From NCBI GenBank assembly GCA_000165425.1, contig CT868664.1, positions 186,001 to 250,000 of the forward strand: 64,000 nt of DNA, given 5' to 3'. Within the stretch, counting starts at the first letter, position 1. Every line of letters begins with the position of its first letter. Below, piece by piece: positions 13,603-28,021 of this stretch. The position numbers were made by a program, and so were the translations under genes. The stretch is from Paramecium tetraurelia (Eukaryota). The notes beneath the pieces were generated by a model. The model saw nothing but the letters and a program-made list of their open reading frames with translations. It did not search any database and had not been told where the DNA came from.

Positions 13603-15355
13603 ATGTTAACATAAATCAATATTCTAAATACTTAAAATAACATTCTCATCTCTCCAATAGTAAATAAAAAGAAACTTATTCGAAAGATTATTAAAATATA
13701 TCTAATAATTCAATCTTTATAATAAATTATCAATATATATGTTAATAAAAAACACACTCTTGATAATTTGATTTATAGTTGAGGAGAACAACAATATTTT
13801 TTTCAAAGTCTTGTTCCGATATCAAAGTTGCAGTCTAATTTTACCTTTTGTAATCAAGTGAACACCAAAAACTAATTAAATATTGAAGAATTATAGATTC
13901 TGTTTCCACTTCTTAATCACGATTTTTAGATGCACATTTTACATTGATATAAATATCTTTTAATTAATGATGTCCTCCATTTAAGGAAATTTAAGTTCTT
14001 CAACGATCTGAAATGCCTAAATATATATTATTCACCAATTTACATATTCCTTTGATGTTGTTTTGAGAGCTTATCCGAAATTTCCTTATTTATAATTAAT
14101 GAACACGTATTTGTTGCTTCTTAATACATATAATCTGATGTAATTACAGCTGAACTTATTGGAGAGGAATATCCACAAATATGAGACCATAATACTTAGA
14201 TATAATAAATGAGCTCGAAATCATTTGAAATATGTTTAGTCAACAAAGATCATGAAATTAGGTTTCAATTAGCTTGGTTTACGATCTTTGAGAACTTATT
14301 TTGTATTAAGGAAGCAGCAATTAAGAAGAAAATCATGTTTGTTATTTAGTCAAAAAGAATTTCATCTTATTTCCAAACAGCATAACATTATTGAAATCAA
14401 AGAAATTGTTTTTCGAAATTGATACTTGAATATTAAGGGAAGAATTTGAGAGCTTAATATACATTAATATTTGTCTATGGCTTTGGGTTTCAAATAGAAT
14501 GCAAAAATTTTATCTAGTGTTATTTTATATGATGAACCAATTAAAAGACGCTAAATATATATGTTCTTCATCTGAAGAGTGGATAAATAATTCAGTAATT
14601 TAGGAATAATCTTCAATTGCTTAGTTTTATTGATTTAACAATATTAGTAAATCAGCATTAAATGCAGACCTCAGCAATTTTGACATAACAAAATTAATTT
14701 ATGAATATTTGTGAAAATTGTATCATATTAATTTACTCAATAAAATTGATAGTTTACATATTATATTTGATTATCAGTAAATTCCTTCTTAGTTGATAGA
14801 ATACCAACTTAGAAGCAAAGATAAAACTTACTTTAATCACATTCAGATCAATACTATAGAAAGAAATTTAATAAAACTCAGTATGATCAAGATAGGGTGG
14901 AAAAGGATCTCCATTTATAACTTTATAATAAGTTCATTCGGTTTAGAGACTTACAATAATAGTGATATTTATAGATAAGTATAAAAATTGACTCCATAAA
15001 TTTATATGGGTATTTAATTAATGACAAAATTCAGCGAAATGAGAAAGAAAACATAAGATTTAGTATAAGAAAATAAACAATAATTTAATTTACGTTATGG
15101 GGAAGTTTGACTTGGATAATTGAAAAATAAAAAATTTAAATATATTAGTTCGTTTGGATTTTAAATTGACAATTCTACTATAGGCTTTACTAAATTATAT
15201 GACATATATAATAGAGCCTATTCTATTCAGATCTCCTAATTATTAGCTTTAAAGAATTTCATTAATTTAAGGAATAACTTAGTACAATGTTTTCAAGAAA
15301 ATAAAGACAATTATAGCAATTTTAATTAAATTAAAAAGATCAATAACGAATAATA

Positions 15356-18300
15356 TCAGTAAAATATCGGTTCTAGCTGTTATTCTTGTTTCTTTTCGCC
15401 AAATCCAATCAATTTAATTAATTTTCTTATTTACTAAATAAGGTCAAGGATGAAAGTAATTGCTAATATCGATGAAAAAGTAAATATGTGAAACCATCCA
15501 ATATTGATTATATCTTCTGTCTTTAAACCTAATTCAACTTAATAAAGATAAAATAAAAATGAGATTGAGTTGAAAATTATTAATGATTCAGTAATTAAGA
15601 TTTTAAAATATTCAAATTTATTACTTAAAGGTTTATTTAGAATAGTGTGGATCAAAAATAAAGTTTAAATAAATGATATCCCAATAGCTTGAATAAATCC
15701 ATTATCTTACAGAAAAACAATTAGAGAAATAAAAATCAGTTTTTTTATTAATTAAATCGAATTATACTAGAAAGTCCAGATATTATAATTTTCATTTATT
15801 CCATCAAACATTGCTTAGTATTTTGATTTATTTCTAATAGAATTCTGTTTGGAGAACGAACTAGAAATATTAATAAAATATATGATAGTTCCAATAATTC
15901 CTATGTAAAATAGATATGACAAGTAGTAATTTATTCTTAAAATATTATTCTTCTCATGAGGATGATAAGCCATCTAAATGGCACATGCAAAACTAATATC
16001 ATAAGAGTTCGAAAGCATTAATCTCAAAAGAGAATTGTAATAAAATTCAGAGATTTTTTGTTATAATTGTCTTCGAGTATTTATTAATAATTTGACAATT
16101 GAAAATCTCCACTCCATTATTTTTTTACATAAAATTTTATTAAACAATCCATATATTATCTGTGCAGCTGAGTAACTTAAATATGTTGTAATTAAACAAA
16201 ACAAAAAGCTTTGGAAATTAGTAAGGAAATACGCGTTGATACTATCCTTTTTAAATTTATTACTTGTTTCAACGATATACTTGCTACTACCATCCAAAGA
16301 ATCAAAAAATGTTTAGAATCCCAAAGCAGCCATCAATGGAGAGACTGTTATTAATTGAAATACATCAAAAAAGATATCCAAATTAGGCGAAAATCCTATA
16401 TTTATGTATTTGATATATGATAAATATTATAATTAGTCCATAAGGTTCCAAAATATTTCAGATTAACCTGTCAATAAGCAAATTGATGATAAACTTGCAA
16501 GTGATATGATGATTGCTTCATTAAAACTTGAAGCCTATTAAGCTATAAGCACTTCTTCAGAAGAAAGAACTATTGGGGTTTAGAGTTAAATACTCTTTTG
16601 GCTTTAGGTGAGAGTTTAATTAAGTTCTGAAATTAATGGATCATTGTTAAATTAAATTTCAAAGACAGGTGATTCTATAGGAAATAGAAATTCAACCCTA
16701 AATATAAGCACTAAGTCTGTAACTTAATCGTGAGATATCTCAGTCTCTTAAGTCATCTAAATATTATACTTATCGTTTTCATGATTTAATATGCTTGCTT
16801 GAATATGCTCACTTAAATTTTATTGAATATGGGGAGAGTACTTAACTTGTTAAGTAAATGATACTTGAATATCACAATATTCATGAGGATAAGGTGTGAG
16901 CACCATCATAGAAAAGTCTGGTTATTTTTCAAAATGGCAAATGGAGAATGAGTACTAATTAGTATTACATATCCAATCCTTTTCAATTTTGCATGACGAG
17001 TTACAACCATCACCATTTTCTTTATTCCCATCGTCACATTTTTCTGTTATTTGAAGATTAAATCCATCTCCACATATAGATTAACAAATTTGGTCAAATA
17101 AATACATTCCTTCAGGACACTCCTTGCAAATCCCTTCATAACAATCTACACAATATTAATCACACATGAATCTACATTCAAAACAACCATCATTTTGATT
17201 AGAATTCATGTCATCACATTGTTCATTACCAACTACTAGGCCATCCCCACAATAAGGAGTGCATTAATTATTCTTGATGATCCATCCTAATTAATTGCAT
17301 TCATAGCAAATTCCGAATTCACATATTGTACAGAGTTGTTCACATTAAAACTCACATTAATAGCAACCATCATATGGTATATCATTACCATCATCACACT
17401 ATTCATATGGATCCACTGCAATACCATCTCCGCAATAAGTAGAACATAAGTTATTTTAATTAAGGAGCCAACCTGATTTATTACAGGCCTTACAAATTCC
17501 TTTTTCACAATCAGAGCATTATTCTTAACATTGAAATTTACATTCATAGCATCCATCATGGGGAATGAGATTTCCATCGTCGCACTCCTCCTTGCCGAGT
17601 ACCAAATAATCTCCACATATAGTTATACATTTATTAATACTAAGTTGCCATCCTTCAATACTACACTCTCTACATTCCCCATTTTCACATAAAGTGCATT
17701 ACTATTAACATTAAAAAAAGCATTCAATACATCCATCATCATTTTCATCATTTCCATCATCGCACTATTCATTTCCTAAAACTAATAAATCTCCACAAAT
17801 AGGTTAACAATTTCTATTAATTACATCTAATTGCCATCCTAATGAGAGGCATTCATGACATTAGCCCTCTATGCATGTTGTACATTATTATTAACACAAT
17901 AATTTGCAATCCACACAGAGTTCATCAGAAACTAAATTTCCATTATCACATTACTCATCATGTGCTAGTATTCCGTCTCCACAGATACTATAACATGCAT
18001 TTTTAGATAAATCTAAGTAGTAACCCATTGAGCATTATGAACATACACCATTATAGCAGGTTTGACAATAGTAATTACATTAAAATTGACATTAGTAACA
18101 TCCATCATATGGGATGTTATTTGCATCATCACATTGTTCAAAATGTGATAAATACCCATCGCCACAATATGATATGCATTAATTATTAATAGTATTAAGT
18201 TAATGTGATTATAGATTACATTGTAAACACTATCCTTGGTAACAATGTTCGCAACCTTCAGGACAATCAAATTAGCCATTAAAACAACCATCTTCTGGCA

Positions 18301-21300
18301 TTAAATTCATGTCATCACATTACTCATTTCCTTTAGTAATTCCGTCATTCAAGGTTTCAAGACATTTACCATCTAGATTTTAATACCCATCCTCACATTT
18401 GAAACACATTCCAAATCTGCAATCTCTGCATTGTTTCTAACATTAGTATTGTGAGAGATAACAGCCATCATACATTACAGAATTATTATCATCACATTGT
18501 TCATCCCCGACAACGTAAGGATCGCCAGTGAAGGAGTAACATCTCTTATCTAAATGTATTTGCCATCCCTCTTTGCATTATAGACAATCGCCCTTATGGC
18601 ATACTAAACAAGAATCTTAGCAGTTGTATTTGCAATGATAACAATTTTGATCTATTAAATCATCACATTCTTCGTAATATTGGACAGTAATTCCATCGCC
18701 ACAGTTAGTCTCACATTTGTTTTATAATTCATCTAATTTCCATCCTATTGTATTACATTCTAAGCATCCATTTGCAGAGCACAAAGTGCATGAATCTTAA
18801 CAACTAAGTTAACATAAATAGCATCCGTCATCTAATTGGTTATTTCCATCCTCACAAACTTTTTCTTGGTTAAATATTGCACTATCTCCACACAGTTTGA
18901 CACATTCTTAAATTAAAGAATCCCATTTATATCCTTAAACACAAGAAATACAAACTCCCTTATTACATTATAAACAATTGATATCGCATGTAATTTAGCA
19001 TTAATTGCAAAGACTATTAGGATTATTATCATCGCATTCTTCCTCTTCAAGAACTAGTATATTGTCCCCACAAATGCTTTTGCAGGACCCATCATATTAC
19101 AAATACCATCCTCTTGATTCATTACATTATTAACAGAAACCAAATTAACAATCTATGCAATGAATTGAGCATTAAAATTAGCAATTAAAACAACCATCAT
19201 ATGGTGCTATATTTCCATCTTCACATTATTCAGGAAATACTAAAAGTCCATCCTAGCATAATGGAATGCAATTGTTCTCTATTAATTAATAGCCGCCTTA
19301 ACAAGATATGCACAAGGCATTGACGCAGGTTTCACAAAATTTATCGCAAGAATATTAACAATAATTACACCCATCTGAAGGGTTAGTATTTCCATCATCG
19401 CACATTTCTGTTAAACTGGTTACTATTCCATCCCCGCAAATAGAATTGCATGTTCCGTCAATTTAGGCGTACCATCCTCGTTCCTCATCGCACTACATAC
19501 ATCTTCCAAAGGAACAATCAATACAATTAGGAGAGCATTAATAATGACAATTAATGCAGTTTCTTTGTTACTCAAAGCATTATTAGAGCAATCCAAGTGT
19601 ATTTCCTTCACACATAGAGCGACAGTCATTATTATGAGCCTCATATCCACTTTTACATTAGTAGCATTTTCCACTTAAACAAATATCACATGCAAAATTA
19701 CAAGCAAATTTACAGTTGTGACAACCATCAAATGGGTTATTATTGCCATCATCACAATCTTCCTCTCCTACTATTATCTAATCCCCGCAAATAGGAAGAC
19801 ATGGTAAATTTATTCCATCATCATAATATCCAGGCAAACATAAACATTAATTTCTTTGAATACCTCTGTTATATTCTCTTACACAAGTTAGACAAGTGTC
19901 TTAAGTGTCACCATAACAATTTTCACAATACTTATTGCATTAAACACATGTATTTCCTTATAAAAAAGTAAATGGATAGCACAAACAAATTCCATTACTC
20001 AAATAAAATCTATTGCTAACACATTAAGTGCATTATTCTGCACTTGTACATGTATTGCATCCTGGTAAATTACACAATTTGCAACTATAACTTTCAGTCG
20101 ATGAATTAAAATCTAAATATTAAGTACTACCGCAATTTGGACCAGTGTATCCTGCATCTGAACATACATTTAAACTTGTACAACTAGAACAAAAGGGAGG
20201 ACACTAACATATTAATAGTATATTAAATACATAATGAATGACTATAAAGTATTCAGATATTGCACAAAATTCCTTTGTTATATTTGCAGTACTAACATCA
20301 CATTTGAATTCAACATAAAGATTGTTAGTATAAAAGTTTGGTAAACTTACATTAAAGTAACGAGAGCTTTCTAAACCGGTACGACCAATTAAGTTCAATC
20401 CTCCACCAGGATTATTAAAAGAAGCTGACCATGCGCTGCTTGAAGAAGTACCTATCTTATAAGAAAAAGATCCAGTGTAAGCGTCTCCATATGTTAAATT
20501 GAAATATATAGTAGCTGCATAATGTGGTTTTTAAATAGACCATGTTTTGATATAAGAACCATCATTCCAAACTAAAAGACCTCCCAAAACAATCTTATTG
20601 TTTAAAATAGAAAAGTTTTATCTTGTTGATTGACTAAATGAAGGATCTGTTCTAGAATCATAAAATTTATTGATTTCATCCAGGGTCATATTTAAATTGT
20701 AAAATCCTTTGGCTAAGTACCTAGAATCTAAATATAAACTATAAATAATTTACATGGAATGATATCTTCATAGTCAATGCAATTTGTTGAATGAATAGGA
20801 CAAGTTTCAATACATTTATTTTTATATAATTTATATGCTGAATCGCACTATGTACAAGTAGAGAAGTCAGAGCATACCAAACATTTTTCTTAACAAAATC
20901 CTGTGTCTACTGTAATATTTCTAAATCCCCAAGATTCACTTATTTATTGAAGTGATCCTTTAATCAAAAGAGTTGGACTAGGATTAGTAATTTAAAAAAT
21001 AGTCTCTATCCTTAACAAAGTATAACCACTAGCACAATTATCATTCTTCTCAAATATTTTTAATAAATTTTCAACTTAGTAACTTGATGAATCTTTTGTG
21101 ATTGAAGATTGTATTTGACCATTGTGTATTAACTTAATATTACTAGTTGTCTAAAAGTTAAACAAATAAAATGTAATTCGAATTCTAACAAATTTGACAG
21201 CATTTTCCAAACTCATTTTATATTGCATTCCTTCATTAAATTACAGCTTTCCTATAAAACTAATCCCATTGCAATTCTCATAGACTAAATCAGAATATTT

Positions 21301-22164
21301 TGGATTGAATTCATCACCCTCAAATGTTAGAGGATGATATCTTTGACTTGATTGAGGAATAGTGTCATCTTCAAATAATGTATATTTAGATTTTATTCGA
21401 TTATCATTAACACATATTTTATCATATCTCGCTATCGAAAAATCTCTACTGCATTCCTATCTACAACCTATGTAAGTTTCAGAAAATTATTAGTCAGGAA
21501 TGCAAATGCATTTCCCACTTTATAGACTCTAACTATTAAAGCATGATATGCAGTCTGTCTCTGTAGGACCATCACAAGTCAAGCAAGTGGGATGGCAACT
21601 ATTTATATAAATTAATAAATTTCTAATTCCGACTTCCATACTATCACTTCGAGGACGATGACATATTTTAATTGTAAACTTGTTAGTATTAGAACTGGCG
21701 ATTGTACTTACAATTGTGTAGAATTCAAACTTGTCCCAACTACTGCGGCATATTCTTGCACTATTCTAAATTAGATCATCTTCTTCGTAATCTCTTCTAT
21801 ACAATTACTAATCACTCTCTGAGTCTTTATTGTTATCATAGCTAACCTTTAAATATGATTCGTCTTCATCATCAGCGTCATCATAGAAAACATCAAACAC
21901 TACTCTAGCTTAAAAACTCCTATAATTGAATGTCTTGTATAAATATCGTCTATCTTCATCCAGCCTTACATACTTTAGAGAATTTTCACTACAACTTGGG
22001 TAATTAAATGAAGTTTCAGAAGAATCTGAGCAGCCTTCTTTAATCTTCCAATTATTATTTACCATTTAAGTATCAGTAAAACTTTAATCAATGAGCCTCC
22101 AATCGGCTACTATTTGATGAATAAGTATTGCCAACAAATAACATGTGAAAAAATGAAAAAACAT
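15356..22164 (-). CDS. Giant cysteine-rich surface/membrane protein (~2200 aa): signal peptide, furin-like repeats, many CGDG..EQCDDGN...DGC repeats, C-terminal multi-TM region
   Basis: Hydrophobic start MFFHFFTCYLLAILIHQIVADW. Repeated CGDG-x-E(Q/E)CDD(G/N)N-x-DGC units at ~16950-19800, several TM helices at 15400-16550, ends ...QEQQLEPIFY*. Confidence 0.88.
16950..19810 (-). repeat. Tandem coding array of ~60-aa Cys-rich repeats
   Basis: On the + strand, (a/c)tcatcaca/catcgca and atctccaca/atccccaca/atcgccaca motifs recur roughly every 170-185 nt. Confidence 0.85.
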
Positions 22165-22968
22165 AAAATATGATGCAAATAAAAATTGAAATAAAACACT
22201 TATGGTTGCGTAATCATATCCGTCTCCCCATAAGTTTTAGCAAATAGTATATTTTTGATATCAAAATCATGCCCATTTACGCTTTGAGGCCAGTGTAAAC
22301 ATCAGATTTTGACCATTAATAGTTATATATATCTTGCTAAAATCTTAGCAGTAAAAAAATACTTTATCTTAATGTATAGTTAATATTTTTAATAAATGTC
22401 TCCTAATACAAATTTTCTTTTCATTTCTCAAGGGGGAATAAGTAGAAAAATTGTACAAATATAATAATGATAAGAATCTTTAGGAATTTAAGTGGAGAGA
22501 GAAGAAAAATATTCCAAAAAATTAATTAGTCATCACTTAAATGAAATTAAAGAAAATATGAAATTTCCTCACAACCTTCTTTTTTTAGTTTTGAAAAGAA
22601 ATCTAAATTAAAACCTGAATATGATCGATGAAATTATTTGACATCGACATTAAAAGTGATTATTCTTAATTCTCGCTAAAGTGCTATATAACTCCATATG
22701 TATATTTATAATAGTAGATATTGATGTTGGGTAAAGTATAAAGTGATTAGATTATAATACTAACTTTAAGGAAAAATAAAAATTTTGTAGTTAATATATT
22801 TATTTTGCAACTTTGTAAAACAATAATTATGATAATTAAAAATGAAATATTGACTTTTAACATGAAAATATTTTATTTCCATAAGTTGTTCATTACCATT
22901 ATTAAAGAAACAAAATATTGCATTATATATAATTCTATAAGATTTTTAATAAACAATGAATAATGATT

Positions 22969-25824
22969 TCATTGATTCTCAAATTTTTTCACAATTGCTC
23001 TTGTTTTAATTTACCTCTCAAAGTTTTTCAAACAATTTAGACAATTCCATTTACCTTATGGTACTTCCTTCAAATTTATACATTTAGGATGGAATACTTT
23101 TGGACAGGTATCACAACAAATCACTTTGCCTCCTTTATTACATTTTTTGCATTTATCATCCCATTTAGTTTCGGTTTCGATGTATTATGGTTTATTTAAA
23201 TTTCTTTTTCTAAGACTTTAAGGTGGATTAATTTATGAATCCTATTGCTGATCAATTTACTATTCAATAATCTTTTTAGTTGTGGATTCTTCAAGTTTTT
23301 TCTTTTCAAAAGGAGGTTAGATAAATTATTAAATTTAAATCTTTTTCCTATCAATATAATCCTTAACAATCTATCCTAAAACTTCTAAGCAAATCTTCAT
23401 TTTTGGAAGATTGCATTCATTTTTTAACTATCCAATCAAATTTAATCTTAAAGTTTCATAATAAGTACCAAATAGTTTCATAGGTAATTTTCTGATTCTT
23501 ACTTTATTATTTTCCATTTGCTCCAATTATTAGAGAATTGTTTGAGGTTATTCATCAAGAGAGGAGTCGTCTTCAACAACTTTTCTTCTTCTGTTGGGTT
23601 ATTAATAAGAATCATCTTCATTTTCTATAAATTTTTCATCAACATCCTCTTCTAATCTTAGTTCCAGTTTTTCTTACATCATTGTGTTATCTACAAAATA
23701 TTCAATGGCATTTGCCAAAGGCTTCAAATCATCTTCATCATATTCTGATGGGTTTTTCTTTTGAATTACATTTTAGAAACTCTTAATAAAATTGTTTCTC
23801 TATTCTGTACTACACCATCTTGAATTTTTCTGATTTAAGTATTATGTTAAACTTGTTTCAATTCCGACAAACTCATTGGTTAATTAATCTACTTCTAAGT
23901 TCAATAGACTATTTGCTCGTTCTGGCTATTCACTTTGCTAATTGATTTCTTATTCTATTTCTTAATCTGTTTTTTTCCCATTTTTAAGATTATCTTATGG
24001 AATGGATTCATTTTACTCGTTATTTGACTCAGATTCAATTAATAATTTAGCTCTTTGTAATTCAATAATGTTGTTCTTCAATGTGTTTTCCCTAACTCCT
24101 TTAGCGCATAAGGAATTTAGGAGATTAGGGATTTCTTTATAATCATAATATCCCCATTAAACTGATCCATCATCATCAATGATTGAGTGTCTCATACAAA
24201 CGAAAATCTTGTCTGGCTCATAGAGAAAGAAATAGTAAGAACTATGTTTGGCATCTTAACCTAAACACATAGATGGGTTCAGTAATAAGGCTGGCATTTG
24301 TGTGATAGCTAATTCCTATGGGATTTATTAATTATTTACTTTATCGTATTCGTTATATCTTTCGGTGAGTGTCATAATTTCTTTTTCTAATTTTTGATAC
24401 TACTATTTGAATTTTTGAGCCTATTTTTATGCGGTTTCCATTTGGCGAGTGAACTTTTGTGCTTCTACTCTAGTTAAACCTTCTGATTGTAATTAAGACT
24501 ATATAGATGGTTAATTTTTACTTTAGCAATTGAGATGTTACCTTCGGCTTCAATAATTTCTTTTTTTATATCAATTTATTAACTTCTCTATTATTTGATT
24601 TGCATGCCTAATTACTATTTGATTCGATTGTTGGACAATAGATTTTCTGTTCGAAATTAATATAGAAATTGGGTTTTTTTCAAACCAGCCAATCCTTCAG
24701 ATAATGAGATAATGAGTCTGCAAACCTTTTTGAGATCAGTGTAATCAGTAAAATCCATTAAATCTAAGGACAATTACAAGATGCCTTATCTTGAAATGTT
24801 GGTTGGGAGCTGTTTGATATCATCTCTCAAAAGTTCGTAATATCTGTTTCTATTTGTAAACCACATATATCCTAGAAGATGCCAGTATGGAATTTTCTAT
24901 AAGAAATTATAGGGTAATATTACATATTATTATTTTTGCATTTGTTCTTGATCAAAATCCTCGATTATTTATTTCAAGTAGAAGTAACTAAAAAATAAGA
25001 TCAGTTGTTCTGGTTTGGTCTGTATTAATTCATATATTTCTAATCTACTTTTTTCACTATATGGGGTGTGGTTATCTTTGAAGTGAATCAAGGTGCCAAT
25101 ATTATTGACTTAACTTTGTTCTAAATTATTTATATAATTAAATACATTCAGCTTATTATTCTCCCGCATACAAAATATCACTAACTATTTTATCCATGTT
25201 ATTGTAGCTATCCCATATCTTAAGAACATCTTCAAACATATCTTAAGGGATATTGAGATCTAGCTAAAGTGTAGGCTTCTTTTTAATCTCTATATTAAAT
25301 AATCCTTAATAGGCAGTAAGATATTCATCGAATATTGGAAAAATTACTCTTCCTTAAGATACATATGTTGGGTATTTTTGCTGAAATTCTGAATGTTTTT
25401 TAGTTTTATCTTCTTGGGTCTAAGGAGTTTTCTAAAAAAATTCAAGTATTTGATTGGTTTTCTTCTTTTTCTAAGGTTCAGACTCTTTTAGTTTTCTTTT
25501 GGCCATTCTTTCTATACATGATAGACAATGCCATTTGGCTCCCTCCTGAAATTATGGCTCTTTATTTTAAGTTCGTATGCATTCCTAATGGTACTTAAAG
25601 TGGCACCTGATGCAGATCACAGTTGGGGTTGACATTGTAGTCACCTTACATAATCGGCATATGGATTTATCTCCAAATTATTATTTACCATCGATTGGCT
25701 TTTTCTGCTCAAGCTTCTTAACTAGTTTCTTTTCTTTCTTGTCTTTCTTCTTTTTCTGATTGTCTTCTTCTTAAGATTCAATTATTAAATCATCTTCTCT
25801 GTTCTGCTATTCCTAGCTGTCCAT
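22969..25824 (-). CDS. Chromatin protein PHD-DDT-WHIM/WSD-PHD (ACF1/BAZ-type ISWI partner)
   Basis: N-terminal PHD CRLC..CIRC..HQEC..WHCLSC; DDT-like 'DMFEDVLKIWDSYNN'; WHIM2 'LGQDAKHSSYYFF'; WHIM3 'WGYYD..EIPNLLNSLCAKGVRENTLK'; C-terminal PHD CKKCNKGGKVICCDTCPKVFHPKC..WNCLNC. Confidence 0.85.
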
Positions 25825-25869
25825 TAAGTATGTCTATGATTTATTTCAAATAATTTAAAACTAGAATCC

Positions 25870-26325
25870 AAAGAAGTGCTAATAACTTAATTACTATAAT
25901 ATTATAATATGGAAATTTTTTATAAACTTCATACTCCTAAAACATTTGCTCTGCAGTATTGTTTTGCAAATGATAATATTCTGCTCCTTAACATCCGTAC
26001 ATATTCAATCATAATTATCTATCAATTAATTATCATGCAATTAACTAACCTTATTATTATTAGGAGTATTTAAAGAATTTCTCTCTCCAAATCAAATCCA
26101 ATTCAGAAACCCTTGAGTTTAATGTTCCAGTTTATGATAACATGTCAAATCTACACTCCTAATTGATGCTTTTCATGTTTGAATCTCCATTTGTATAATT
26201 ACTTGATCCATTATCCTTAATTATTATCTTATCATTCGATAATCAAGTTATTAGTCAATGGATTATTAAATCAATATTACAGTATTCAAAATATTTAAAT
26301 TATGTTCATTCAACACGCTAACCAT
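25870..26325 (-). CDS. Possible small hypothetical gene
   Basis: Coding-like pieces (MKSINQECRFDMLSQTGTLNSRVSELDLIWREKFFKYS) and a candidate intron; exon structure not resolved. Confidence 0.3.
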
Positions 26326-26367
26326 GATTTGTGTATAATTATTATATTGGATATTAATATATAAATA

Positions 26368-27886
26368 ATGAAAACTGGAAATTCAAATTAACTATTTACC
26401 TAGGTTCCCGATTCGAATGAGATAAATGAATATATCAAAGAATATCTGAGATATTCAGCATATTCTAACACCTTTGAATGTTTCGAAGCAGAAATTAAAA
26501 GCAAACAAGTATCCAGTAAAGTAATTGAAATTCATATATTAGATGTCAAACAAATAGCAATAATAAAAATAATCAAATGATGATATGCCAAGAATCTTTC
26601 AATTATTCAAAACTGACAATATCAAAACTAAAAGAGAAATTAATTTGGAGAAGGAATAGAAATTATTTAATAAAAAATATCAATAAATTTTACAAGCAGG
26701 GAGACAGATCTTTTCAGTCAGCATTAATCTCTTGTAGTTGTTACATTCGTTAAAAGAAACCGCCAAAAATGAATCTCTTAGTGAAACCTTAGAGAATTAT
26801 AAGATTTAATTGGGAAAATATCATAAAGTCATTATAAATGAAGGAAAACCAGAAGGAACAGAACTTATTACAGAATAAGTCATGCATGAACACAAAACTA
26901 AACTTTTTAAAAATTATTAAGATAAAAATGTAGATGGCATGATAGAAGTATTGTTATCTTTAAGAGTTAATGCACTTCAAATAGCCCCAGAATTAAGAAA
27001 AAACTTAGTCTATGAATTGATTAGAAACGATGTTTTTAACATTGAAGCTACTGAGAAGTTTGACTTTGTAGTTCATCTATTGGACATCAATAATCAAAGT
27101 TTGAGACATGCTATCACTAGTTTGATAAGTGTAATTAGTAGCACTTTAAGAGGAGTTGAGTATTTGACTTTTAATGGTAATATGATTATCATAGAAAAAA
27201 TTATAAAAATCTTAAAGGAACAGGAGAATGGGTCTGTCACCCAAAGGTTCTGTTTAGCTATTTTATAAAAAGCCAGTATCAAAGAAACAGTAATTCCTAC
27301 ATACGTTCACAACGAGATGATTCAATGGATTATATCACTAATATAGAAATCAATAAACACAAAAATCCATATATTTTGTTTAGATTTTGCTTCTGCGACT
27401 TTGGCAAATGTAATTCACACTCCATACACTTTATAATATTTAGAAAAACAAACTAGATTCACTCATTAGGTATAAATGATTTATTATTTTAGATTATGGA
27501 GTAGTTGCTGAAATTTATCAAGGAATAAATCTAAGTGAGTGTTATGATGCACATTCTAATATGTTTATCATATTTGAGTAAAGAGAACTTTGCTAAATAG
27601 ATGGAAGAGTGCAGATTTGTAGAGAGAATTAGTGAATTTGTTGAATATTACAGTGTAATTAATACAGGTATTAGAAATTCAATTTAATTTAGAAAATGAG
27701 GCTGCAGAAATAGATAAAAAAACAGTTCTTGATCTATGTGCTCACATGTTCCATCCAAAGGATACTTCATTGGATAATTCAGAAACTTTGGAGTTGAATG
27801 AATTGAAAACTGAGGATAGAATTAGAGAATATGAGAATGAGCAAGGTGAGCTAATATTCGAATGCTTTTAAGATGAAGTAAGTTGA
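26368..27886 (+). CDS. ARMC9: LisH + armadillo protein, ARMC9-like
   Basis: LisH 'INEYIKEYLRYSAYSNTFECFEAE' and ARM 'GVEYL...TQRFCLAILQKASIKETVIPTYVHNEMIQWII'. Three tiny introns; ends ...FECFQDEVS*. Confidence 0.78.
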
Positions 27887-28021
27887 TTATTAACCTCTAT
27901 TTAAATTTAATAAATCTAATGTAATTTATATGAATAAATAATATCTAATTTAATTTTGATTGTAAACTTTATGATAAAATGATACGATAATTTATTAAAG
28001 ATACATCGATATTATTATAAA

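Noticed and set aside
16950..19810. Regularly spaced repeats that could suggest a CRISPR array or satellite
   Set aside because: The repeats are degenerate at the DNA level and explained by Cys-rich protein repeats in a eukaryotic CDS.
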